The translations under genes and the position numbers were made by a program. 64,000 nucleotides of DNA. Source: a virus (lineage: Duplodnaviria > Caudoviricetes). The notes under the pieces were generated by a model that saw nothing but the letters and a program-made list of their open reading frames with translations, had not been told where the DNA came from and did no database searches. Below are positions 50,113 through 58,586 of this stretch, piece by piece. Each line of letters opens with the position of its first letter. The stretch's first letter is position 1. The DNA is taken from IMG/VR virus record IMGVR_UViG_3300011116_000260, positions 13 through 64,012 of that record; one strand, given 5' to 3'.

Positions 50113-51120
50113 TTAGACAAGAGTAAGAGCGTGACGGAAAACCTTCATAGTATCATCCTGAGTAAGCCCTGCAAGGTTATCCCATGCACGATTCTCAGGC
50201 TTTGCCACACGACCTCTAGCAGCAGTACGGTGCTGGATAAACTTGCTAACAGCATTAGCAGCCATCCAGATACTAGCCTTACTCTTAGTCTCCTCCCTTT
50301 CACGGTCAAAGGTTTCAGACCAATTAGAAACTGCCTTGAGAGCATTATCATAGTTAGTCTGTTCAGCTCCAGTACTTGGATTAGAAACAATAGGAGCCTC
50401 AATCATACCCCACACATCCATCCAGAACTTCTGAATATCACTCTTAGTAAGTTCAGCACACGCAAGACTATTGACAGTTTCACGGAAGAACTTACCACTA
50501 GACTTGAATTCACGCAGTGCTTCACGCATTGCATCCTTCTTATCTTCCATAGTAGAACCCTTGTGGGTAATTCTAAACATATTCTTACCACGACGAGCCT
50601 TAGCAATTGCCATGCTAAGAGTATTCTGACAAACAATACGAACACTTGTTGGCAAGGCAGAGAAAGCAATACTACCATCATGGCTGTTAATCAGGCCCAT
50701 GTATTCCGTAACAGTATCGCCACTAGAGCCAGCAACATCAAAGGTATCACCACGAAGAAGAAGAACAACCTTGCGACCATTCTTGAGACTAAGCGCAGAC
50801 TCAACCTTAACATCATTACTAAGTTCATAAGCCATCTCAAAGTGTTCCTTATTCTGAATCACCTGATAATCAGCTGACTGAACACTAAGAATTTCCTTCG
50901 TATCTTCACGAATTAGAGCAGCATAATCAGTACTAAACACATCATCACTGTTGGGAAAACTAGCCTTGATGAAGGAAGACTTGTAGACATTCCAATCAAG
51001 ACCAGCAGCCATCAAAGCATCAGTAGGCGACATATCCGAATCAACAACAGTACCAAGACGATGCCATGCAGCAACTCGATTAAACACAGCACTATCCTTT
51101 TCCATAATCTCGTGAGCCAT
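50113..51120 (-). CDS. DUF932-family phage/plasmid protein
   Basis: MAHEI...AWHRLG...AGLDWNV...YQVIQN...NSHDGS...RIVCQNTL...H. Confidence 0.85.
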   Translation of the reverse strand: MAHEIMEKDSAVFNRVAAWHRLGTVVDSDMSPTDALMAAGLDWNVYKSSFIKASFPNSDDVFSTDYAALIREDTKEILSVQSADYQVIQNKEHFEMAYELSNDVKVESALSLKNGRKVVLLLRGDTFDVAGSSGDTVTEYMGLINSHDGSIAFSALPTSVRIVCQNTLSMAIAKARRGKNMFRITHKGSTMEDKKDAMREALREFKSSGKFFRETVNSLACAELTKSDIQKFWMDVWGMIEAPIVSNPSTGAEQTNYDNALKAVSNWSETFDREREETKSKASIWMAANAVSKFIQHRTAARGRVAKPENRAWDNLAGLTQDDTMKVFRHALTLV

Positions 51121-51295
51121 TATAGCACACCTTTCTGCATCAACAGATGCTAATTAAAATCCGAACGATCACGAACTTTGAAATCTTCTTTAATACGATC
51201 TCTCTTCTGCTTACCCCAACCTTTATTCTGTTCTTTTTTCTTGTATTTATACCTGTCTTTATCTTTGCTTTTATGCTTCATATAAACTCCAATAG

Positions 51296-51368
51296 TGAGG
51301 CTACGGAGATTCGAACTCCGGTCAAGAGGATGAAAGCCTCCTATCCTAGACCACTAGACGATAGCCCC
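51296..51368 (-). tRNA. tRNA-Glu(UUC)
   Basis: GGGGCTA/TAGCCTC acceptor, loop CTTTCAT, GTTCGAATC; no encoded CCA. Confidence 0.9.
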
Positions 51369-51372
51369 AACA

Positions 51373-51445
51373 TGACCAAGGTGGGATTCGAACCCACACT
51401 ACAAACATTTTAAGTGTTTTGACTCTGCCGTTGGTCTACTTGGCC
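51373..51445 (-). tRNA. tRNA-Leu(UAA) with short variable loop
   Basis: GGCCAAG/CTTGGTC acceptor, AAACA-CTTAAAA-TGTTT, GTTCGAATC. Confidence 0.85.
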
Positions 51446-51451
51446 GCATAT

Positions 51452-51634
51452 TTAAATCTTACCGTCAAACAAATCATTAAGCTGCTTAACAATTTTATCT
51501 ATGTTTTTATTTTTAGTAACTTTCTTTTTACTCTTTTTCTTTCCAAAGATTTCGTCGTAGTTCTTATCGTATTGCTGTTTATCAATAGGACGATATCGAC
51601 TACCCTTACCACCATGCCATTGTCCACTACCCAT
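51452..51634 (-). CDS. Small conserved phage protein
   Basis: GGKGSRYRP...YDKNYDEIFGK; AAGGAG RBS before the ATG at 51634. Confidence 0.65.
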   Translation of the reverse strand: MGSGQWHGGKGSRYRPIDKQQYDKNYDEIFGKKKSKKKVTKNKNIDKIVKQLNDLFDGKI

Positions 51635-51810
51635 TATATCATATCTCCTTATGCTTGTCAAGTTTCTTTACTTCGTAACTATCAGGATGAACGGTATGAT
51701 TTCTTCGCCACTTATCGGCCTCTTTATCAGAGTCCCAATAAGCAATATCATTTTTGTTTTCCATCATCCAATCTTTTAGATTTTTACACCATAGTCCATA
51801 TTTCATAAAG

Positions 51811-51884
51811 CGTTCCTGAATGGAATCGAACCATTAGCCTTAGCATTAGAAGTGCCACGCTCTATCCAATTGAGCTACAGGAAC
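51811..51884 (-). tRNA. tRNA-Arg(UCU)
   Basis: GTTCCTG/CAGGAAC, AGCTCAATTGGATAGAGC, loop CTTCTAA. Confidence 0.92.
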
Positions 51885-51891
51885 ACATATA

Positions 51892-52278
51892 TCAATTACC
51901 CTTATATGGGGGAGTTGACTGAACATATCCATTCAACTCCTTCATAATAGTCTGATAAATAGTAGACACAGTCTTAGAAAGACGCTCATCAATAAGAGCC
52001 TTAATCAAGTCATTAATATAACGCATATCATCAGAATTAATATTCTTCTTAGATTCCTCAAGATTAGCCTGAATAGCATCTGTAATCATAGTATCAACTT
52101 CAGAAAGAATATCATCCTTCATATCAGAAATACTAGAATCACACACCTGTTCAACTTCATAACGAATATTATCAATCTCGTCCTTATACTCACAATAGTG
52201 ATCAGAAATCTTCTCGTCAATAATATCGTTAACACTATCCTTAATCAATTCATCAAGCTGCTCTGCAAAAGTACTCAT
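51892..52278 (-). CDS. Acidic hypothetical protein
   Basis: Asp/Glu-rich helical ORF with GAAAGG RBS. Confidence 0.7.
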   Translation of the reverse strand: MSTFAEQLDELIKDSVNDIIDEKISDHYCEYKDEIDNIRYEVEQVCDSSISDMKDDILSEVDTMITDAIQANLEESKKNINSDDMRYINDLIKALIDERLSKTVSTIYQTIMKELNGYVQSTPPYKGN

Positions 52279-52319
52279 TACACTTTCCTTTCAAATAGAA
52301 GTTAAATACCAAACAATAG

Positions 52320-52393
52320 TAGGGGTGGTGGGACTCGAACCCACATGTACGCGATTATAAGTCACGGCCTTCCTCCAGTTCAGGCACACCCCA
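52320..52393 (-). tRNA. tRNA-Ile(UAU)
   Basis: CGTGA-CTTATAA-TCGCG anticodon arm, GTGGG-TTCGAGT-CCCAC T-arm; U1-U72 mismatch. Confidence 0.8.
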
Positions 52394-52398
52394 GTAAA

Positions 52399-52719
52399 TC
52401 ATGGTTCTCTAGCGTTATCTTTAACATACTCATGGCACGCATCGGAAATGTTGATAGCGAACGCAGGATCAAATGATTCGATTGACTTAACAATTGAATT
52501 TTCATCGGCATCATATTCAATAATAGACACATCCGACACATCAACATAACCAAGTTCCCATTCCCAATCTTCATGGACACCAGTAGCACCATAGTAATCA
52601 TACCAACCAATACCATTATCTACATAATGCCAAGTCTCAAGAGATCTAAAGTTAACTAAATAATCAATACAATTAATATTAATTTTAATTTCTTCATAGT
52701 CCCTAAATAACTCTTTCAT
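52399..52719 (-). CDS. Acidic hypothetical protein
   Basis: AAGGAG RBS; DNGIGWYDYYGATG. Confidence 0.7.
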   Translation of the reverse strand: MKELFRDYEEIKININCIDYLVNFRSLETWHYVDNGIGWYDYYGATGVHEDWEWELGYVDVSDVSIIEYDADENSIVKSIESFDPAFAINISDACHEYVKDNAREP

Positions 52720-52734
52720 AGTATTCTCCTTAAG

Positions 52735-52807
52735 TGCCCCCTGTAGGGATCGAACCTACGACCTATTGATTAAAAGTCAACTGCTCTACCAACTGAGCTA
52801 AGAGGGC
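52735..52807 (-). tRNA. tRNA-Lys(UUU)
   Basis: GCCCTCT/AGGGGGC, AGCTCAGTTGGTAGAGC, loop CTTTTAA. Confidence 0.93.
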
Positions 52808-52820
52808 GAGTGTGGTGATC

Positions 52821-52839
52821 CCTATCAGTAGCCCCAACT
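52821..52839 (-). promoter_or_regulatory. Candidate phage promoter AGTTGGGGCTACTGATAGG
   Basis: Intergenic, about 14 nt upstream of tRNA-Lys; near-identical to 45912-45930. Confidence 0.55.
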
Positions 52840-53016
52840 TTAGGGATAGAAACCCAATAGATTAGCGTCCTTGTTCTCAAGCCACGCCATGAAATTGAAA
52901 GCATCAGCCTCATCTTCAAATGCGTCGATAACTTCAGGATTATTCAAACCGTTACCAACGGCACGACGAACTTCAAACCATCCAGTATTAACTTGCATAA
53001 CATAGTAATTAATCAT
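52840..53016 (-). CDS. 58-aa hypothetical protein, not in ORF track
   Basis: Manual translation MINYYVMQVNTGWFEVRRAVGNGLNNPEVIDAFEDEADAFNFMAWLENKDANLLGFYP*. Confidence 0.6.
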   Translation of the reverse strand: MINYYVMQVNTGWFEVRRAVGNGLNNPEVIDAFEDEADAFNFMAWLENKDANLLGFYP

Positions 53017-53221
53017 TGATCATTTCCTTCATATCAAACATGAAATCTTCGGGTTGCTTACCAAGTAGATAGTAGTGATGCGGCATAAACTGAGCAATAT
53101 CTTCCCACACAAGAGCATCATCAAGAAGCATCATATCAAGACGATGGACCCAATCAACATACTTGATATCCATCATCTGTATCCTCCTTGAATGTACTAA
53201 GGATATTGAAATATTCTTCAC
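53009..53221 (-). CDS. Early hypothetical protein (probable start MMDIKY)
   Basis: AAGGAGG precedes the internal Met. Confidence 0.55.
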   Translation of the reverse strand: MKNISISLVHSRRIQMMDIKYVDWVHRLDMMLLDDALVWEDIAQFMPHHYYLLGKQPEDFMFDMKEMIND

Positions 53222-53331
53222 CCTTTGCAGTTACTCCATAATAGTCAACACCATTCTCATCCCAACTAACATAAACAAGATCATTAATAACAAGCCAATC
53301 AAGAGCCTCATTAAGTTCAGCTTCAGACATA

Positions 53332-53718
53332 TTACCACCATCCTCTCAGATGAAGATTATTATCAAGACAGATGTTAAAAAACTTTGACAGGTTACGAAC
53401 CTCATCAACAGTATGGGCATAGTCAATCTGCTTTGTATTGTAAAACAAATCATTCAATAGTTCTTGAGCCTTTGTATCATCAGGATTTTCTTCAAAAAAC
53501 AAAGCAAACTGATAAGCAAGTTTACGGAGATCATCAAATGGAACAACTTCCTGATAAAGAGTAACCTCATCACCAGTCATCCATTGAACAAGAGACTCAT
53601 AAACCTTACCACGAAAACTAGTAGTATCAGTATGCAACTCACCACCACAAAGCCGAATGCCATCAAACAACTTAGGATCAGCATTCTTAGTTTCCATTGC
53701 ATAGATATCAAGACCCAC
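53332..53718 (-). CDS. Early hypothetical protein
   Basis: GTG start GLDIYA...FRGKVY...RGWW. Confidence 0.65.
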   Translation of the reverse strand: MGLDIYAMETKNADPKLFDGIRLCGGELHTDTTSFRGKVYESLVQWMTGDEVTLYQEVVPFDDLRKLAYQFALFFEENPDDTKAQELLNDLFYNTKQIDYAHTVDEVRNLSKFFNICLDNNLHLRGWW

Positions 53719-53911
53719 TATAGTTCTCCCAAAAGTATTGATACAACTCATTACCAAACTCATCATCTTCAGTAGGCTCAATATGAGAGCCATAGATATC
53801 CTCAATATGATCAATCTCAACATGAGGCGCACCATCAGGATCTTCAATATGACTCAGGTAAGCAACATACTCATCACCCATATACTCAAACTTGTATTGA
53901 CTGTTATCCAT
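53708..53911 (-). CDS. Early acidic hypothetical protein
   Basis: Start reassigned to MDNSQY after AAGGAAG. Confidence 0.55.
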   Translation of the reverse strand: MDNSQYKFEYMGDEYVAYLSHIEDPDGAPHVEIDHIEDIYGSHIEPTEDDEFGNELYQYFWENYSGS

Positions 53912-54113
53912 TCTTGATCTTCCTTGCAAAGTCTGCCTTCCATTGATCGGCAACACTAGGGTATTGGATATTGTTACGCATAATAGAAGCATACACATCA
54001 AACTTACCATCAAAGTGATCCTTCTGTGTCTGATTCCACGAATCATACAGATCACCCCAACGATAATGCTTACCGTTCAACTTCTTATTAGGCTTCAGGT
54101 TGATTAGTCCCAT
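53904..54113 (-). CDS. Early hypothetical protein
   Basis: Start MGLINLK after AAGGAG. Confidence 0.55.
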   Translation of the reverse strand: MGLINLKPNKKLNGKHYRWGDLYDSWNQTQKDHFDGKFDVYASIMRNNIQYPSVADQWKADFARKIKNG

Positions 54114-54360
54114 CGGTATTCTCCTTATAGGTTTTGAGATCACACTCCAACTTACGAATCTTGTCAAGCGCAACTTCAAGATTACGCTTATAGAAATCAA
54201 CAGAGTCTAAAATATTTGACAAGCACCCAATATACTCCGCTCCAGCATCATTGATACCATAAACCCTACGGAATACAGCAGGATTAGTGTTTCGTGGGTT
54301 GTCAACAGAAAGACTATTGAACACAAAGTATTCAAACAAGAGCATAGATATCCTTTCCAT
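54088..54360 (-). CDS. Early hypothetical protein
   Basis: Overlaps both neighbours. Confidence 0.55.
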   Translation of the reverse strand: MERISMLLFEYFVFNSLSVDNPRNTNPAVFRRVYGINDAGAEYIGCLSNILDSVDFYKRNLEVALDKIRKLECDLKTYKENTDGTNQPEA

Positions 54361-54694
54361 TAACCTTAGACTCTACGGCAAACATTACACCAACTTCGGT
54401 ATAAGTAACCATAACAGACTGCTGAGACAGCTGCTTACAAAGTGTATTGATTAGAGCCTGAACACAAGCATCAACTTCTTCCTGCTTATCATAGGTAATA
54501 CTAACCTTCCACCACTCATCACATTGAACACTGGTGTCACTCATCTTATAGAATCCCTTGCCTTCAATCACAGAACACCCACCAAAGTGAGTGGACACAT
54601 AGAACACAAAGGTTTCAAAGATAGACTGAGCAACATCAGTCCGAGCATAATCATTATCATGCTTTGGAATAATCACACTAGTTTCAGTCGGCAT
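54332..54694 (-). CDS. Early hypothetical protein (DUF3574-like pattern)
   Basis: Start MPTETS; FGGCSVIEGKGFY...DE...LSQQSVMV. Confidence 0.55.
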   Translation of the reverse strand: MPTETSVIIPKHDNDYARTDVAQSIFETFVFYVSTHFGGCSVIEGKGFYKMSDTSVQCDEWWKVSITYDKQEEVDACVQALINTLCKQLSQQSVMVTYTEVGVMFAVESKVNGKDIYALV

Positions 54695-55193
54695 TATCAA
54701 TCTCCTGTACTTGGTAAAATCCATCACCATTGTCAACAAGTTCATACTCAGTATCATCAAACATATCCTGAATATTGAACATCTCAACCAACTCAACAGG
54801 AATAGGTTCCTCATTGATCTGATATGATTCCTCATAAAGACCATCAAGATCAGTACCATACTTACCAACAAAACCCATACCCGGCTCATAGAAGTATGCT
54901 TCAACCTTCCAACCATTCTCTACCATCTTAGCATACACATTCTCTGGAGCACACCAAGCAGACTCAAAAGAAATGTCAAGATGATTTCGACCATCATCAG
55001 TAAGGTGCATCCAAGAAATACTAGATGCTTCCCACTTGGTACTCCAAGTTTTGCAAGCCTTCTCATACTCCCACTCGCCAATCGGAAGGATATGCTCAAA
55101 GAAAATCTCCTTCTTGAGTGATTTCTTTAATGCTTCCATCTTTGCATTATCAGGATGCTTTGCAATCACAGTATTCATACACCAGTTAGGCAT
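54684..55193 (-). CDS. DUF1281/YubB-like ferredoxin-fold protein
   Basis: MPNWCMN...WSTKW...FESAWCAP...YEPG. Confidence 0.75.
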   Translation of the reverse strand: MPNWCMNTVIAKHPDNAKMEALKKSLKKEIFFEHILPIGEWEYEKACKTWSTKWEASSISWMHLTDDGRNHLDISFESAWCAPENVYAKMVENGWKVEAYFYEPGMGFVGKYGTDLDGLYEESYQINEEPIPVELVEMFNIQDMFDDTEYELVDNGDGFYQVQEIDNAD

Positions 55194-55398
55194 TTGCGTT
55201 ATCTCCAAGATAGAATTCAAGATCGTCACGATGAACAGCAGCAACATCGCAACCAACAACACCACCAAAGTTATTCATTGCAGCACGATTAGCATCATAC
55301 TTAGTTTCGTGATAACTAAGTGTACGCCACTTGCGATTATCAGCAGTACGATACACAACCCACCAATCATGTGCAGTATCTCTTGCATTAGTTTCCAT
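55186..55398 (-). CDS. Early hypothetical protein
   Basis: Probable start METNAR after AAGGAAG. Confidence 0.5.
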   Translation of the reverse strand: METNARDTAHDWWVVYRTADNRKWRTLSYHETKYDANRAAMNNFGGVVGCDVAAVHRDDLEFYLGDNANA

Positions 55399-55723
55399 TA
55401 TGCTTCCTTTCGATGGTATATCCATCATAGAAAGTATCAATCACATCATTGATACGAATGTACCATTGATATTGTGACTGATAAATGTAACCATTGATTC
55501 CAAGACCCCAAAGAATGGCATTCAACCTAGACTTAGTTGTAACTGTACGCCATCCTGCGGAATACAGAGTAACAGAATCAACAGTTACCTTGGCAATAAG
55601 ATTGCCATGAAGATGAACAAGAACAGCATCAGTATCATTGCAGGAATAAATCTCAGTATTCCCAAACTTACGACACTTGCGATTCTTGATTGTGTCAACC
55701 ATATTTCGCTCAACAGTTCGCAT
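55388..55723 (-). CDS. Conserved phage hypothetical protein
   Basis: LHGNLIA...GWRTVTTKSRLNA...IYQ..YQWY; AGGAG RBS. Confidence 0.75.
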   Translation of the reverse strand: MRTVERNMVDTIKNRKCRKFGNTEIYSCNDTDAVLVHLHGNLIAKVTVDSVTLYSAGWRTVTTKSRLNAILWGLGINGYIYQSQYQWYIRINDVIDTFYDGYTIERKHNGN

Positions 55724-56212
55724 TTGATTCTCCTAGATAGAAAAGAACAGAGTGAGTTGCAACTATGGGTGGACATTCCCACAGTTATTATTCATTGTGT
55801 ATAGAACCAACTATGCAACATTACCCATTCTCTATACCGTTTGGGTAAGCATCACAAATAACCCTTTCGCCATAGTTGCAAGATACTCTGTAAGTGTATC
55901 GTAGGGTACTCTTCCGAAGAAGAATACCGTGGCGAACCACTTACCTACCTTGATTCAGGACATATCTCGATACCCATCTAACTCTCCTTTGTATAGATGA
56001 TGAATCCATACAACATATGTGGTGATTATCTACGGTATACTATGATACCACGCGAATATCCCTAGTATACTACGGTTGCCCTAATGTGGTTTCTACTCGT
56101 TAGAGTAAGTATAGTTCCTATGGAACACCACCAACTTACATAAGGCTATGAAACATTCCCATGATATTTCTACCATGAGAACGCGGGAGAGTACCGCCCT
56201 CCGAAGGATCAG

Positions 56213-56374
56213 TTACTTCTTACGAAGTGTTTCGATTTCCACACCGTATGTGTCAAACGCAGACACGATTGTGAACGCATCGCTTGGTTCTCTTTGCTCA
56301 TTTTCAGGCACAAGATATCCCATCTTGTGGAGAATTCTTGCCTGAGTAAGTAACCACTTCTCAAGTTCTGTCAT
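56213..56374 (-). CDS. 53-aa early protein, not in ORF track
   Basis: MTELEKWLLTQARILHKMGY...LRKK*; AAGGA RBS. Confidence 0.55.
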   Translation of the reverse strand: MTELEKWLLTQARILHKMGYLVPENEQREPSDAFTIVSAFDTYGVEIETLRKK

Positions 56375-56795
56375 TTGATTTCCTTTTTCAATCCATAACC
56401 GTAATCAATACGGCCAATGGAATACCAACAAAGACCAGCAGGATTGCGAGGAGAAACATGTCCAAACCTTTCTCCGGTATTTACCGGAAGTTGTGTTGAA
56501 AGATATCCATAGGATATTTCACCAATGGACACCCAATAGATTGATTCTGTGGTTTATCGTATAAGCGGATAGTAAAATCGCGGTCTTTGAAGATCAGATC
56601 CATTTATTTATTTGCGAGGATGTGATCGACAATACATAGCGGTACTACCCATAACGAGGGGTGTTCCACAATCTATCCCGTAAGGTGGGATATTCATCTA
56701 TCCTGCCCGTGCTTTCTCCACTACTGCAATGGAGGGCATGACCTACAGTAAATGGGAAAGATATCCAATGGTTATTCACCAATGGATACCAAAGA

Positions 56796-57044
56796 TCACT
56801 CGGCAAGTTTCTCGGCATCCATCATGGCAACTTGTGACCGAAGATAGATGTTATCAATCCTAGGGATAATCCTGTTGGCATAATCCCGAACAATATCGGA
56901 ATATCCATTACGATTAGCCTGTCGGATTGTTTCGATCATTTCCTGAATCTCTGCGATTCTCTTGGAAATATCCCCGCAGTTTGCCAGTAAACTAACAGCA
57001 GCAATATCAACCGAAGTTTCCGCGATTGTTGGTTCAGTCTTCAT
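56796..57044 (-). CDS. Early hypothetical protein
   Basis: GAAAGGA RBS nearby. Confidence 0.6.
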   Translation of the reverse strand: MKTEPTIAETSVDIAAVSLLANCGDISKRIAEIQEMIETIRQANRNGYSDIVRDYANRIIPRIDNIYLRSQVAMMDAEKLAE

Positions 57045-57057
57045 TTGCAGATTCCTT

Positions 57058-57282
57058 TCAGCGAATCACGATCATCTTGTCCTTCGCATTCCACGAAACA
57101 GGAGCGGCCTTGTCGATCAGACGAATAGCCAACACAACACGCTTGCCGCTCACCTCATTAGGCTTCACGCCATACTTGACGGACAGGAACGAACGCAGAT
57201 TGCCGATGAACTCCGCAATACCCTTGCGGCTACCGGACAGACTCACCCATTCCTTGCGCCAGTCGATTCGATGATGATCCAT
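57058..57282 (-). CDS. Early hypothetical protein (GC-rich codons)
   Basis: GGAG/GGAAA upstream; the Lys codons inspected are AAG. Confidence 0.6.
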   Translation of the reverse strand: MDHHRIDWRKEWVSLSGSRKGIAEFIGNLRSFLSVKYGVKPNEVSGKRVVLAIRLIDKAAPVSWNAKDKMIVIR

Positions 57283-57354
57283 GTGGTGTTTCCATTTCTC
57301 CCATGAAAGGGATAAACCCCGGTATTGCTACCGGGGAGAATCCATGCCATTGGA

Positions 57355-57684
57355 TTAGAGGCCAAGGTCGATAGAGACAGACAGAGACTCGGCCAACTTG
57401 CGGGCATTGCGAGTATCCGCATTCTCCACGCTAACCGGAATCGACTCCTCCACGAAAGCCTGCCAAGCCTCACGATTCGTGCTGATCGTGCAGCCGAACA
57501 TATGCTCAATCTTTCCACGAATCACGGTAGCGTTACGCTTACCCTTGTTCGACAGAACCCCAGCATTCACCAGAGCGTTGAACACCTTCACGACACACAT
57601 GCGCTGATCGGCGAACGACAGACTGTTCCACTTGTTCATTTCAGAATCCTTGCCCATTCGGGCGGCTATAGTAACCCTATGCAC
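57355..57684 (-). CDS. Probable first early gene (likely start MNKWN)
   Basis: AAGGA precedes the internal Met; GC-rich codon use. Confidence 0.55.
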   Translation of the reverse strand: MHRVTIAARMGKDSEMNKWNSLSFADQRMCVVKVFNALVNAGVLSNKGKRNATVIRGKIEHMFGCTISTNREAWQAFVEESIPVSVENADTRNARKLAESLSVSIDLGL

Positions 57685-58073
57685 TAGACCATCTAATGCA
57701 TGGGATTCGATACCCTACCATAGCAGGATACCGAATCCCCCCCGAACGGGTTGCCAAGGATTCCTCTAGAAATAAGCAGGAACCCACCCATTCGGGGAGG
57801 ATCGGAAATACAATTTCGGCGGACTAACCGTCCACATAGCCGGGAACCTTACAGTTACCCATCCGGCTACTCGATCCCTTCATCGGATCGAACCTAGACC
57901 GCTTGAATGCTGCACCGTAGACCGATGCATTCCTCCCCGCTTCCTCCCTTTCGGGATTAGCAGGACATTCAAGGCTTACGCCTAGCCGCACTTTGCTGGT
58001 CGCGGCTACCGTTGAACCGTTCTCATGGCATCGGATGATTCCATCCAATCGTTCCGCCGTGCGTCTTTCGGGC

Positions 58074-58102
58074 AGCGTGCGGACATGAGAACGGGATGTC
58101 AA
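58074..58102 (-). promoter_or_regulatory. Possible host sigma70-type early promoter
   Basis: TTGACA-N17-CACGCT on the minus strand, pointing into the early genes; weak -10. Confidence 0.3.
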
Positions 58103-58222
58103 AGAACCTGCGGACAATTCATCATAGCGGATATCCGATTCCCCACTAACCCATTCCACGCATTCTAGGATTATCGGACTGCCTGTAGTTATCGGCGCAG
58201 GGGATGCCCGTCCGATAACGCA

Positions 58223-58300
58223 GGGGGGCCACGGGGGGGCGCGGCGCGGGGGATTTAGGGGGATACCCCTTTATAAATTTTCCACCCCTAAGTCGATTTT
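58223..58300. other. G/C-tract region, probable genome terminus/packaging junction
   Basis: G6-N4-G7-N8-G5-N5-G5 tracts at the abrupt boundary between AT-rich late DNA and GC-rich early DNA. Confidence 0.45.
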
Positions 58301-58305
58301 TCAAA

Positions 58306-58378
58306 CTCTCCCAGATGGACTTGAACCAACGACCCGAGAGTTAACAGCTCTCTGCTCTACCGACTGAGCTATAGGAGA
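58306..58378 (-). tRNA. tRNA-Asn(GUU)
   Basis: TCTCCTA/TGGGAGA, AGCTCAGTCGGTAGAGC, GAGAG-CTGTTAA-CTCTC. Confidence 0.9.
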
Positions 58379-58546
58379 ATATACCACCAAAGGTATCTGG
58401 GGCTACCGAGGTGGATTGTATTATTCAATTTATATCGAAATCGACCGGGATCATAGTGTAGTGTTATTTTGTATTGATACCAAGGAATCCCCTACGATCC
58501 CGACAGGGAACTAAGATAATAAATACAATATTATTTAATCTATAGG

Positions 58547-58586
58547 TTTCCCATAGGAGTATTCCTAAGAATACCCCTATGGGAAA
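58547..58586. other. Long hairpin downstream of the last gene
   Basis: TTTCCCATAGGAGTATTC-CTAA-GAATACCCCTATGGGAAA. Confidence 0.6.

Noticed and set aside
51147-51808. Plus-strand ORFs 51147-51413 and 51419-51808
   Set aside because: They are antisense to tRNAs and a small minus-strand gene. Like the other plus-strand track ORFs (e.g. 74-577, 17054-17578, 35919-36413, 50131-50877, 63266-63808), they look like shadow frames.
57824-58159. 111-aa minus-strand ORF at the early end
   Set aside because: No clear RBS, atypical composition and overlap with a promoter-like element; not called as a gene.
58306-58378. tRNA as a prophage attachment site
   Set aside because: No integrase, repressor, duplicated tRNA 3' end or flanking host genes were seen.
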